Of a stretch of 64,000 bases of DNA, positions 11,564-20,918 are shown one piece after another (the stretch's first letter is position 1; every line of letters begins with the position of its first letter). The stretch is from assembly GCA_965215565.1 (NCBI GenBank), contig CBDCDZ010000004.1:1856001-1920000 (forward strand), given 5' to 3'. Source of the stretch: Trueperaceae bacterium. Its GTDB lineage: Bacteria > Deinococcota > Deinococci > Deinococcales > Trueperaceae. The position numbers were made by a program, and so were the translations under genes. The notes beneath the pieces were generated by a model, which made no database searches, was not told where the DNA came from, and saw only the letters and a list, made by a program, of their open reading frames with translations.

Positions 11564-12120
11564 TGGCAACGCACGCGCTGTCTGAGCAAGAGTTGCAAAC
11601 TTACGGACTTGTTGCAGAGTTCAGCACGCCCGAGGCGATTGTCGAGGCGGCGGAGAAAACCAGAGAGGCGGGCTACACCGCGATTGAAGGCTACTCGCCC
11701 TTCCCAGTTCACGGGCTCGATGAAGCGCTGGGTTTCAACAATACGAAACTGGGCTGGGTGGTTCTCATCGTGGGCGGCTTGGGCGGTCTCGCAGGCTTCC
11801 TCATGTGCTGGTACGCTAACGTCGTCTATTATCCCCTCAACATCGGTGGCAAGCCGCTGAATAGTTGGCCCAATTTCGTGGTCATCACCTTTGAATGCAC
11901 GATCCTTTTTTCGGCGTTCACGGCAGGGCTCTTTATGCTGGCGCGAAACGGGCTGCCGCAGCCGTACCACTCGATATTCAACACGCCGAACTTCGAAGCG
12001 GCGAGCCGCGACAAATTCTTCTTGTGTATCGAAGCGAAAGACGAAAAATTTGACCCTGAGGAGACGCGGCGCTTTCTAGAGGAGATGGAGCCTGACCGCG
12101 TCTCCGAGGTTGAGGTATGA
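11563..12120 (+). CDS. actD: Alternative complex III subunit (DUF3341)
   Basis: YSPFPVHG, IGGKP and two TM helices; operon position. Confidence 0.92.
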   Translation: MATHALSEQELQTYGLVAEFSTPEAIVEAAEKTREAGYTAIEGYSPFPVHGLDEALGFNNTKLGWVVLIVGGLGGLAGFLMCWYANVVYYPLNIGGKPLNSWPNFVVITFECTILFSAFTAGLFMLARNGLPQPYHSIFNTPNFEAASRDKFFLCIEAKDEKFDPEETRRFLEEMEPDRVSEVEV

Positions 12121-12755
12121 AGATGACGAGATACGTTCTACTCTTGGCGGCGTTCGGCTTGCTCTTAGCGGGCTGCGGGCGCAACATGTACGACCAAGAG
12201 GGTAAGTACGAAACCTACGAAACGAGCGACCTCTTCGAGGACGGTACCTCGGCGCGCCCGCTCATCGAGGGCACCGTGACGCGCACCAGAGGCGACGTCA
12301 ACGAGGCATTTTTTACAGGTCAAGACGTGAACGGCTTGCTCACCGAGTCGCCCATTCCAATCACCGAAGAGACCTTAGCGAGAGGTCAAGAGCGCTACAA
12401 CATCTACTGCTCGCCCTGTCACAACTTCAACGGCAACGGCATGGGCATGATCGTGCAAAAAGGGTTTGTACAGCCGGCCTCGTTCCACGAGCAGCGTTTG
12501 CAGCAGTCACCTGTTGGGTACTTCTATAACGCGATTACCAATGGCTTTGGGCGGATGTACTCGTACGCCTCACGCATTCCCCCCGAAGACCGCTGGGCGA
12601 TCTCGGCGTACATCAAGACGATGCAGTTCAGCCAGTACGCGGACCCCACGAACCTACCTGAAGGCGTAAGAGGTCAGTTGGAAAGGTCTCAGGCGCAAAC
12701 TCAGCCGACCCAAACGGCGCAAGGGCAACCCGCGCAAGAAGGGGGTCAAGAGTGA
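12117..12755 (+). CDS. actE: Alternative complex III monoheme cytochrome c lipoprotein
   Basis: Lipobox LAGC, CSPCH, and G.M.SYA..I..EDRWAI. Confidence 0.92.
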   Translation: MKMTRYVLLLAAFGLLLAGCGRNMYDQEGKYETYETSDLFEDGTSARPLIEGTVTRTRGDVNEAFFTGQDVNGLLTESPIPITEETLARGQERYNIYCSPCHNFNGNGMGMIVQKGFVQPASFHEQRLQQSPVGYFYNAITNGFGRMYSYASRIPPEDRWAISAYIKTMQFSQYADPTNLPEGVRGQLERSQAQTQPTQTAQGQPAQEGGQE

Positions 12756-13930
12756 GCGACGACCTCGCTTCACGCTTCAGCAACTATCAGCGTATCGCGC
12801 TCATTACCGGGGTTGTCGGCTTAGGGCTCCTGACGTTCGGGGCGTTTCTGAACCCCCAAGGCTTCTTCGAGTCCTACTTGTACGGCTTCCTCTTCTGGCT
12901 GGGGCTTTCCTTGGGCTGCTTTTTCATCCTGATGCTCCAGTACGTTGCGGGCGGTCCGTGGGGTACGATGGTGCGCCGCCCGATGGAGGCGGGCATCATG
13001 GTCTTGCCGGTGCTGGCGCTTCTCTTCGTCCCACTGCTCTTCGGCATGGGTTACCTCTACGAGTGGACGAACCCCGAAGTCGTCGCGTCGAGCACCTTTT
13101 TGATCGAAAAGACCGAATACCTCAACGTGCCTTTTTTCATCATTCGCAGCGCGATCTACTTCACCATCTGGGTAGGCGGCGCGTTCCTCTTTACACGCTG
13201 GGCGCGGAAACAAGAAGAGGGCGCGGACATCTTTCAGTTCTTGCGCAACGTGAGCGCCCCCGGCATTATCATTTACATCCTGACGATGACCTTCGCCGCT
13301 ATCGACTGGGGCATGTCCTTAACGCCCGAGTGGTTTTCAGGCATGTACGGCGTCATTTTCATGATCGGGCAAGCGCTCTCGGCGATGGCGCTAGCCATCT
13401 TCGTCACCGTGTTTTTCAGGAACCGCGAGCCGTTCTCAAAGGTTTACAACGCGAAGCGGCTTCAGGACTTAGGCAACTTCTTGATGGCGTTCACGATGTT
13501 TTGGGCGTACGTACAAATGTCGCAGTTCATTATTATTTGGTCGAATAATGTCGTAGAGACGGCGAGCTGGTATGTCTACCGCACCGAAACGCAGTGGATT
13601 TGGGTCTCAGCCTTTCTGCTCGTGTTCCATTTCTTCGTGCCCTTTTTGATCCTCTTCTCCCGCTGGGTCAAGCAGAAAGCGCGGGCGCTCATTTGGGTGG
13701 CAGCGTGGATGATCTTCGCCCGTCTAGTGGACATCTTTTGGATTGTCGTGCCCACCTTTGAGCGCGAGGGTTTTCCCCTTTACTGGACGGACGCCGCCGC
13801 TGTCATCGGCATCGGCGGCATCTGGCTAGCCGTCTTCTTCTCACGCATTAAGCAGCGCGAGATTTTACCGACCAAAGACCCACGCATTCAAAGCGCCCTC
13901 TCAGGTATGGAAGCAGCCGCACATGACTGA
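12752..13930 (+). CDS. actF: Alternative complex III membrane subunit
   Basis: About 10 TM helices, DWGMSL.PEWFS and FWAY..SQF.IIW. Confidence 0.92.
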   Translation: MSDDLASRFSNYQRIALITGVVGLGLLTFGAFLNPQGFFESYLYGFLFWLGLSLGCFFILMLQYVAGGPWGTMVRRPMEAGIMVLPVLALLFVPLLFGMGYLYEWTNPEVVASSTFLIEKTEYLNVPFFIIRSAIYFTIWVGGAFLFTRWARKQEEGADIFQFLRNVSAPGIIIYILTMTFAAIDWGMSLTPEWFSGMYGVIFMIGQALSAMALAIFVTVFFRNREPFSKVYNAKRLQDLGNFLMAFTMFWAYVQMSQFIIIWSNNVVETASWYVYRTETQWIWVSAFLLVFHFFVPFLILFSRWVKQKARALIWVAAWMIFARLVDIFWIVVPTFEREGFPLYWTDAAAVIGIGGIWLAVFFSRIKQREILPTKDPRIQSALSGMEAAAHD

Positions 13931-15026
13931 CAACAACGACGATAAGAACAAGCAAGAAGGCGCGAACGAGCAGGAATTTCACGAGAACGAGATGGACCAG
14001 GAGATGGAGTCGCCCGAGGAGCGTGAGATTGAGGGCGGCGAAGTCCTCTCTGCCGAGGAGACGTTGAGCGGCGAAGACGACAACGCTCGCATCGACAGCG
14101 AAGAGCTGCGCCGCGAGGTCGAAGGCGGCGAGGGTACCGAACTCGAGGACCCACCGGAGCGCAGCTACGCCATCGGTTCGAATATGGTGCGCAACATCTT
14201 TATCGGCTCGGGCATCGCTGCGGTCGTAGTCATCACAGTGATTTTGACGCTCACCTCCGCCGTCGATCAAGCGCGTTACACACCTGCCGACGAGACGCAG
14301 TACCAGCGCACGCTCACTGATGCGACGCAGGAATTAAGCAGCTACGCACAGAATGAAAATGGACGCGCTACGATTCCGATTGAGCAAGCCATCGCGCTCA
14401 CCGCTGAGCGCGGCCTGAACGAAATCAACGCGGAGCTTGGTGTCCAGATACCGGGGGCGGATCAGGGTCAGCCGGTCCAAGAAGGCGCTCAGCAAGGTTC
14501 GCAAGAGCCCCAGCAGCAAGCGGCAGCAGAGCAGGCGCAACCGCAGCAGCAAGGTGAGGGACAGGGAGCAGCGCAAGACGCCGGACAGGGCGAGCAACAA
14601 CAGGCTGAGCAGGCGCAGGGTCAAGCCCAACCCGAAGTCCTCACAGCGGGCGAGAGCGTCTATACTGCGAACTGCTTATCGTGCCACCAGGCGAACGGGC
14701 AGGGTATCGCGGGCGCATTTCCGACGCTCGTAGACCACGTGCCGCTCCTCTACAACGCGGACCGGCGCTACCTCATCAACTTACAGCTTTACGGACTGCA
14801 AGGTCAGATACAGGTGCAAGGACAGAGTTACAACGGCGTGATGCCCCAATGGGCGCAGCTCAGCGACCAGCAAATCGCGGACGTGCTCAACTACGTCTCG
14901 ACCAACTGGGACAACAACCAAGACCTACAGAACTTTCAACCTTATACGCCTGAAGAGGTCGCCGCAGAGCGGAACCAGGGACTCAGCGCGAGCGACGTCT
15001 ATAACCAAAGACCGAATTTGCAGTAG
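13923..15026 (+). CDS. Membrane-anchored ActG-like segment fused via a Gln-rich linker to a class I cytochrome c (c552-like)
   Basis: Acidic N-terminus, one TM helix, IPIEQAIALTAERG, Q/E/A-rich linker, then CLSCHQANGQGIAGAFP...YNGVMP. Confidence 0.8.
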   Translation: MTDNNDDKNKQEGANEQEFHENEMDQEMESPEEREIEGGEVLSAEETLSGEDDNARIDSEELRREVEGGEGTELEDPPERSYAIGSNMVRNIFIGSGIAAVVVITVILTLTSAVDQARYTPADETQYQRTLTDATQELSSYAQNENGRATIPIEQAIALTAERGLNEINAELGVQIPGADQGQPVQEGAQQGSQEPQQQAAAEQAQPQQQGEGQGAAQDAGQGEQQQAEQAQGQAQPEVLTAGESVYTANCLSCHQANGQGIAGAFPTLVDHVPLLYNADRRYLINLQLYGLQGQIQVQGQSYNGVMPQWAQLSDQQIADVLNYVSTNWDNNQDLQNFQPYTPEEVAAERNQGLSASDVYNQRPNLQ

Positions 15027-15052
15027 GTCTGTTAAGCGCTAGAGTTGGTAAA

Positions 15053-15087
15053 TAAGAAAGGCGGAGATGATCTCTCCGCCTTTCTTA
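15053..15087. terminator. Hairpin terminator between the act operon and the convergent regulator
   Basis: taagaaaggcggaga / tctccgcctttctta perfect inverted repeat. Confidence 0.8.
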
Positions 15088-15136
15088 ATGGGAACGCTCT
15101 GCGCTAAATTAGGAGGAGTCTCCTCTACCCCAGGGC

Positions 15137-17647
15137 TCACCACGTCCCCAGCACGCGCTGATATTCCGCGATCGCCACCGCCCGCCTTGGATCGTGTTTA
15201 GGCAGCGCCTCCAAGCTCGCCTCCCACAGCTCCAGGTCCTCTTCTAAGCGCTCGGACAAGTCGAGCAGCGCGTCGGGGTCTTGTGAGGCGAGCGCGGCTT
15301 GCCTCAGCAGTTCCTCCAAGGTGTCGCGCACTTCTGTCACGCCGGGGGTGTCCGACTTGGGCAGGAGCGGACCCCGGTAGAGTTCTAAGCCTGCCCGGAG
15401 ATGCCCTTTACGTAAAAGCGCCTCGAGCGCCAAGAAGTCCGCCTCGAATTCGGTGTCTAGACGGTAGGGCGCGCGGGTGACCGGCACGGAGCGGCGCAGC
15501 TTCGAGAGCGCGCCTTTGAGCGTGGCGAGTTTACCCTCGTCACCGTAAAGTTGCAGGAGAAGCTGCTCGGGGCTGAGCCCCTCGGGGTGCCGTGCGAGCA
15601 GCGCGAGAATGTCGAGGAGTTGGGGGGGCAACTTCAAGCGCTCGCCGTGAAGATAGACCTCGTGTTGACCCAAAAAGGTCAGCTTGAGCGGCGCTTCGTG
15701 ACCCCGCCAGAGCGCCCTGACCCCGCTGAAGTGCTCAGGAGGTCCTAAAAGTCGGAAGCCCGTCTCGGAGAGTTCTCTGATGCCGACGTCGCAGCGCGCG
15801 AGCGCCGCTTTCGCGTCGCCTTGACATCCGAGCGAGAGGTATGCTTGAGCGAGGTACGCGCAAGCGGAGACCAAGTGATCACCTTTGAGGGCGGCGGCGA
15901 GTTCGTCGCAGGCTTCCCCGAGCGGCCCGATGGCCGCCTCGGGCTCCGTAAGTGCGAAGACCATCCCCTGAGAAAGTTTCGCGTAGGTGCGCACCTGCCC
16001 CGGTACATCTTGCAAGAAGAGGTAGTGTCTGCGGGCCAGCGCGCTGGCTCTCTCCACCTGAGCACTATGGAGTAGACCCTGAACTGCGTTGTAGAGGAAG
16101 TAGGGTAGCACGTGCCAACTCTGCGTCGCGAGTTGGTCTTCGAACGACGCCAAATTTTGCAGATAGTGTGCTGAGGCCGCTTCGGTTTCGCCCTGCGAGA
16201 GCAGGTAGTCACCCAACGTCGAGCGGAAGCCGCTGGCTTTTTTGGGCGAGGCAACCTGCAGCGCCTCGACCTCACGCTCGAGCACGTCGCGCAGCCCTAC
16301 CGTCTCGCCGATCAGGATGCGGGTGTACGCTAAGTTGGAAAGCAGGTGGAGCCTGAGCTGCCAGTCGCCTCCCCTAGCTTCGTCGAAGATGGTGAGCGCT
16401 TTTTCCAACCACGCCGCCGCCTCGTGATATCTGCCGAGCAGCCCGAGGGGAAAGGCGACCATCATCGTCGCGCTGGCGCGTTTAAGGGGGTGCGAGGCGG
16501 TTTCAGTGAGCAGGGCAAGCTCGCGGAGCACTGCCAATCCCCTCTCTGGATCGCGGTAGGTCCAGGCGTTGCCGTAGTGCTGCAGCGTCGTGAAGGTCTT
16601 CGCGGAGCGGTACGCCCGCTCGACCTCTCTAAAGCCGCGCTCGGTAGGGAGGTGCGAGGCGTACTGCGCCCGGAGATCGGGGGCGTCGTGGGTAGCCAAG
16701 TGACGCTCGACGCTCGCGCGCACGTCCGCGTCTAAGTTCAGGCGCTGCGCCGAACGCAGCCGCCAGAAGAGCACCGCTTCTGCCTCTTTGACCTCTTCGG
16801 GTAGCGCCTCTAGCAGATCGAAGAGCTTGGCGTAGCGCCCCCCCGCGAGGTACGCTTCGCCCGCTTCGCTCAGCAACTCGGGTACACGCTCGGGCGCGTG
16901 CTCGGCGGCAACCTCGAGCGCCTCCGGCCACGCCCCGCGTCGCTCCAACACCTTGAGAAAGACCTCGGGCGGCACCGCTATCGCCGTATTGGGGGGCAGG
17001 GCAGCTCCCTCTGGGTGCGGCCGCAGTTTGGGCGGCAAGTTGAGGTGCTTGTGCAGTTCGAGTCGCAACGTCTCGTACGCGCCGCCGCTCAGACGGTAGA
17101 GGTTGGACATTTCAACGTCGCCGAGCTGCGCCGAATGCTCCGCCAGAATAGCGTGCGCCTCCTCTTCGGTGAGGCGCAGATCGTCAGCTCTGATGATGAG
17201 GGCATTTTCAGGAATAAGAAACTGCTCGGGGAGCCGCGTGAACTCGAGGATGACCTTCACTTCGGGCGCTTGCAACGCGGCGAGGTCACGCGCTAGCGCC
17301 TGCGCGTGCTCCGCCCCTGAAAGGATCAGGGTCAGAGGCGCGAAGAGCCCGACGTGCTGCGCCAAAACCGAGACGACGTAGTCGTAAGCCATGCCGCTGC
17401 CAACGACTTGGCAGTCCAGAGCGCGGCTCAGTGCGTCAGCCAGCTTGTTACCGGCAGCGACAGGGTCCCCTGCCTCCTCTTCGGTGAGGTCACACCAGAG
17501 GCACGTCTTTTCTTGCTTGGTCAGCTCATGGAAGAGGTAGGGCGTTCCCCAAGTGCGTTCAGCCATACATACGGCGAGTTGCGGACGCTCCCCAATCCGG
17601 GAGAGCATACGCCGCATGAAGGAAGCCACCTCGTAATTGTACTGCAC
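15137..17647 (-). CDS. Large MalT/SARP-like transcriptional regulator (TPR-like core, C-terminal winged-helix/BTAD-like region)
   Basis: DLRLTEEEA MalT-like segment, helical repeats, and C-terminal LTFLG...LLARHPEG...LYG...YRGPLLP. No Walker A seen. Confidence 0.65.
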   Translation of the reverse strand: MQYNYEVASFMRRMLSRIGERPQLAVCMAERTWGTPYLFHELTKQEKTCLWCDLTEEEAGDPVAAGNKLADALSRALDCQVVGSGMAYDYVVSVLAQHVGLFAPLTLILSGAEHAQALARDLAALQAPEVKVILEFTRLPEQFLIPENALIIRADDLRLTEEEAHAILAEHSAQLGDVEMSNLYRLSGGAYETLRLELHKHLNLPPKLRPHPEGAALPPNTAIAVPPEVFLKVLERRGAWPEALEVAAEHAPERVPELLSEAGEAYLAGGRYAKLFDLLEALPEEVKEAEAVLFWRLRSAQRLNLDADVRASVERHLATHDAPDLRAQYASHLPTERGFREVERAYRSAKTFTTLQHYGNAWTYRDPERGLAVLRELALLTETASHPLKRASATMMVAFPLGLLGRYHEAAAWLEKALTIFDEARGGDWQLRLHLLSNLAYTRILIGETVGLRDVLEREVEALQVASPKKASGFRSTLGDYLLSQGETEAASAHYLQNLASFEDQLATQSWHVLPYFLYNAVQGLLHSAQVERASALARRHYLFLQDVPGQVRTYAKLSQGMVFALTEPEAAIGPLGEACDELAAALKGDHLVSACAYLAQAYLSLGCQGDAKAALARCDVGIRELSETGFRLLGPPEHFSGVRALWRGHEAPLKLTFLGQHEVYLHGERLKLPPQLLDILALLARHPEGLSPEQLLLQLYGDEGKLATLKGALSKLRRSVPVTRAPYRLDTEFEADFLALEALLRKGHLRAGLELYRGPLLPKSDTPGVTEVRDTLEELLRQAALASQDPDALLDLSERLEEDLELWEASLEALPKHDPRRAVAIAEYQRVLGTW

Positions 17648-17990
17648 GCCGCCAAAGGTTGCAATTGAGCGTAGATTCTATGAGTTTTCAATGAAATAAT
17701 GACCGAAAAAGTAACCTTTGCTTTATGTGTTCAGACAGGTAGACCACAATAGGTAGACTGTGAGCAGCTTAGCGGCGTGTACCGGGTAGAGCGAAAATTT
17801 TCATGAGAGCGAAGGGGGCGTGACGACATCCTACTTTTTTCAATCCTCTACTGTAGTTGGGCTACTTTTGGAACTCCAGCATCGCAGCGTCCACAGCATT
17901 GGTACCAAAAAAGCGTGTACAATAAACAGACATCGTCAAGTTGAGTACAGATGCGGTTACTCCTATGTTTCGCCGCAGAAAGGACGCTTT

Positions 17991-19574
17991 ATGTTGAGCC
18001 TCGCTTCGTTCGTCCAGGAACACGCCCTACGTACCCCTGAACGCACCGCCATGCGCATGGGGGAAACGTCTTACACGTACGCGCAACTGAACGCAATGGC
18101 AAACGCCGTCGCCAACTATCTAGTTGAGAGAGGCTTAGAGTCCGGCGATCACGTTGCGCTCTCCTGCCCGAACCTCCCCTATTTTCCGGTGGTTTACTAC
18201 GGCATCCTCAAGGCGGGCTGCGTCGTCGTGCCGCTCAACGTCCTCCTCAAAGCGCCTGAAATCGAGTATCACCTAAACGACGCGAACGCGAAGGCTTATT
18301 TTGTCTTTGAAGGAACGGACGAGTTGCCGATGGCGAAGGCGGGCGCAGCAGCCTTTGACAAGGTGGACGCCTGCGAGCACCTCATCGTGATGACCGCTGA
18401 CCCTGCCGCGCAGAGCCCGGTTGAGAGCACCACGACGCTCGGGCAGATTCTGCACTCGCACTCTAAGGAATTCGAACTCGTGCCCCGGCAAGCTACGGAC
18501 ACCGCTGTCATCCTCTACACCTCCGGCACGACAGGACGCCCCAAGGGTGCAGAGCTGAGCCAGCTCAACATGGCGCTCAACGCAATGATCTCGGTTGACC
18601 TCATCGGCGGCAAAGGAATTGCCAAAGACCACGTCTTCATGATGGTCTTGCCTCTTTTTCACTCCTTTGGGCAGACCTGCGGCATGAACGCCATGTTCTA
18701 CGCGGGCGGGCAGATCACCATGCTGCCGCGCTTCGACGCGGCGGGCGCGCTTAAAACGGTGCAGGCGCACGGCGTCACCGTTTTCGCGGGCGTGCCGACG
18801 ATGTACTGGGGACTTCTCGGCGAAGCCAAAAACCTCTCCGAAGACGCCAAAGATACGTTGCGCACCTCTTTACAGTACTGCATGAGCGGTGGCTCGGCTT
18901 TGGCGGTTGAACTCTTGGGTAACTTCGAAGAAGCCTTTCAAGTCCCGATCATGGAAGGTTACGGGCTCTCCGAGACGAGCCCTGTGGCGAGCTTTAACCA
19001 CGCCGACAGGGAGCGCAAGCCGGGCACAGTGGGTCAAGCGATTTTTGGCGTGGAGATTAAAGTGGTAGACGAGGAAGACAAAGAGGTTGCTGCAGGCGAG
19101 TCAGGTGAGATCGTCATTCGCGGTCACAACGTGATGAAAGGCTACTTCGAGCGCCCTGAAGAGACTGAAGAAGCCTTGCGCGGCGGCTGGTTTCACACAG
19201 GCGACGTCGGCGTGATGGACGAAGACGGTTACGTCTCCATCGTGGACCGCATCAAGGACATGATCGTGCGAGGTGGCTACAACGTCTACCCGCGTGAAGT
19301 CGAAGAGGTCTTGATGACGCACAACGCCGTCTCGCTCGCCGCTGTAATTGGCGTGCCGAGCGAGGAGCACGGCGAGGAGATCGCGGCGTACCTTGTTTTA
19401 GAGGACGACGCGCAAGCCTCGGAAGATGAGATCATCGCGTGGAGCAAAGAGCAGATGGCGGCGTATAAGTATCCGCGTGAGGTCAACTTCGTGGACGCGC
19501 TGCCGATGAACGCGACAGGGAAGATTTTGCGGCGCGAGCTGCGGGAAGAGGCGAAGGAAGAGGTCTCGGCTTAA
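17991..19574 (+). CDS. Long-chain fatty acid--CoA ligase
   Basis: YTSGTTGRPKG, EGYGLSET and WFHTGD motifs. Start set at ATG 17991 after AAAGGA. Confidence 0.93.
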   Translation: MLSLASFVQEHALRTPERTAMRMGETSYTYAQLNAMANAVANYLVERGLESGDHVALSCPNLPYFPVVYYGILKAGCVVVPLNVLLKAPEIEYHLNDANAKAYFVFEGTDELPMAKAGAAAFDKVDACEHLIVMTADPAAQSPVESTTTLGQILHSHSKEFELVPRQATDTAVILYTSGTTGRPKGAELSQLNMALNAMISVDLIGGKGIAKDHVFMMVLPLFHSFGQTCGMNAMFYAGGQITMLPRFDAAGALKTVQAHGVTVFAGVPTMYWGLLGEAKNLSEDAKDTLRTSLQYCMSGGSALAVELLGNFEEAFQVPIMEGYGLSETSPVASFNHADRERKPGTVGQAIFGVEIKVVDEEDKEVAAGESGEIVIRGHNVMKGYFERPEETEEALRGGWFHTGDVGVMDEDGYVSIVDRIKDMIVRGGYNVYPREVEEVLMTHNAVSLAAVIGVPSEEHGEEIAAYLVLEDDAQASEDEIIAWSKEQMAAYKYPREVNFVDALPMNATGKILRRELREEAKEEVSA

Positions 19575-19619
19575 AATCGAAATTTTTATGCTAATGCACG
19601 GGTAAAAGCAGAAGGCGAG

Positions 19620-19648
19620 TTAGTGGCAAACAGTAGTTTTGCCACTAA
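19620..19648. terminator. Hairpin downstream of the acyl-CoA ligase
   Basis: ttagtggcaaa / tttgccactaa inverted repeat. Confidence 0.5.
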
Positions 19649-19666
19649 TCCTCTATCATAAAAAAG

Positions 19667-20914
19667 ATGACTCCCGAAGAATTACAAGAAATCCTGACGA
19701 TGAAAGAGGGTCTAAAACTTGACTTCAAGCGCGAGTACCACCTAGACAAAAGCTGTCCACCTTCAGGAGCCAACCCTCAAGAATGGCGTAGATACGTTGA
19801 TGGTCAATGGGATGAATTAGTTAAAGATATTATCTCTCTTACAAATGGAAATGTGGGTACTCCAAATAAAGTAGGGAGACTTATCATAGGGGTTGCAGAC
19901 AAACTAAATAAGGACGGTTCACGAGATTTGTGTGACACTACTGACCTTGGCATTACGGCTCAACAAGTTATGGCTAAAGTCAATAGCGCATGTGTACCTG
20001 CGATTCCTGATGTTCTACTCGAGAAAGTAGATTTAGAAGGTAAGCTAGTTACAGTCATCACGATACCTCCAAGTCCATATCTTCATGAGAGTACTCGAGA
20101 CCTAGAGGTTACTAGAGGTAATTTCGATAATCAAGGGAAACTAACTAAAGTTGACAAAAAGAAAAGCTACACGAGGCATACCGCATTCATTAGAAAAGGA
20201 GAAGATATTCTACCTGCCTCAAATTTTGAAAGGCGAGCTTTAGAGGAAGACAAAAAATTTGGCCTGTTGGCAATGAAACAAAATCTGAAGTTAGAAGTAA
20301 TAGATAACCTAAAGCTTCTACTGCTAAAGTCTGGCAAAAGTGGAGAAATTGTTGATTTAAGTGCTTTTATTCATGTATTTACCGAGAAGTATTGTATCAA
20401 GTCCGGTGAAACTCTAGTTATTGAGAGAGGTGATTTCTCGCTTATAGCGTATCCTTTAATGCAAGCCTCTAGAGCTAGAAGCGGATTAAGCACTCAATTT
20501 TTGGATAGTGCTATTTTGTCTGGAAAATATTTAACTTTTGATGCTGCAACAGGACAGTATTTTGCCAGTGAGTTTCTTGAAGGGCTACTCAAACTGCAAG
20601 AGAGAATTAGACGCCTCAAGCTCGTAGCAAGCGAGATAGCGAGCTTCTTTGGAAAGTATGCTCCTGCAAGGAATCCTGAACCTTTTATTCATATCTCCAG
20701 CAATGATTCAATATTTATAGGTGGTATCTTAAACTTATATCAGGACGTTACAAACTTGTGTTCCGCTTTGCTTTCCTATTTATTTGGTGATTTGTCGCCT
20801 CTAAGGAATTTAGTTTTGACGAATGTCACACCTGACGACGAACAAGCAGAAGGCATTAAGAGAGAAGCATTGAGCGAAGAAGAAGTGATTCAGTGGCTAA
20901 AGAAAAGGAGATAA
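19667..20914 (+). CDS. Schlafen/AlbA_2 domain protein with unrecognised C-terminal domain; AT-rich, probably acquired
   Basis: EGLKLDFKRE...LVKDIISLTN...LIIGVAD AlbA_2 pattern; visibly much more AT-rich than the flanks. Confidence 0.8.
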   Translation: MTPEELQEILTMKEGLKLDFKREYHLDKSCPPSGANPQEWRRYVDGQWDELVKDIISLTNGNVGTPNKVGRLIIGVADKLNKDGSRDLCDTTDLGITAQQVMAKVNSACVPAIPDVLLEKVDLEGKLVTVITIPPSPYLHESTRDLEVTRGNFDNQGKLTKVDKKKSYTRHTAFIRKGEDILPASNFERRALEEDKKFGLLAMKQNLKLEVIDNLKLLLLKSGKSGEIVDLSAFIHVFTEKYCIKSGETLVIERGDFSLIAYPLMQASRARSGLSTQFLDSAILSGKYLTFDAATGQYFASEFLEGLLKLQERIRRLKLVASEIASFFGKYAPARNPEPFIHISSNDSIFIGGILNLYQDVTNLCSALLSYLFGDLSPLRNLVLTNVTPDDEQAEGIKREALSEEEVIQWLKKRR

Positions 20915-20918
20915 TCAT

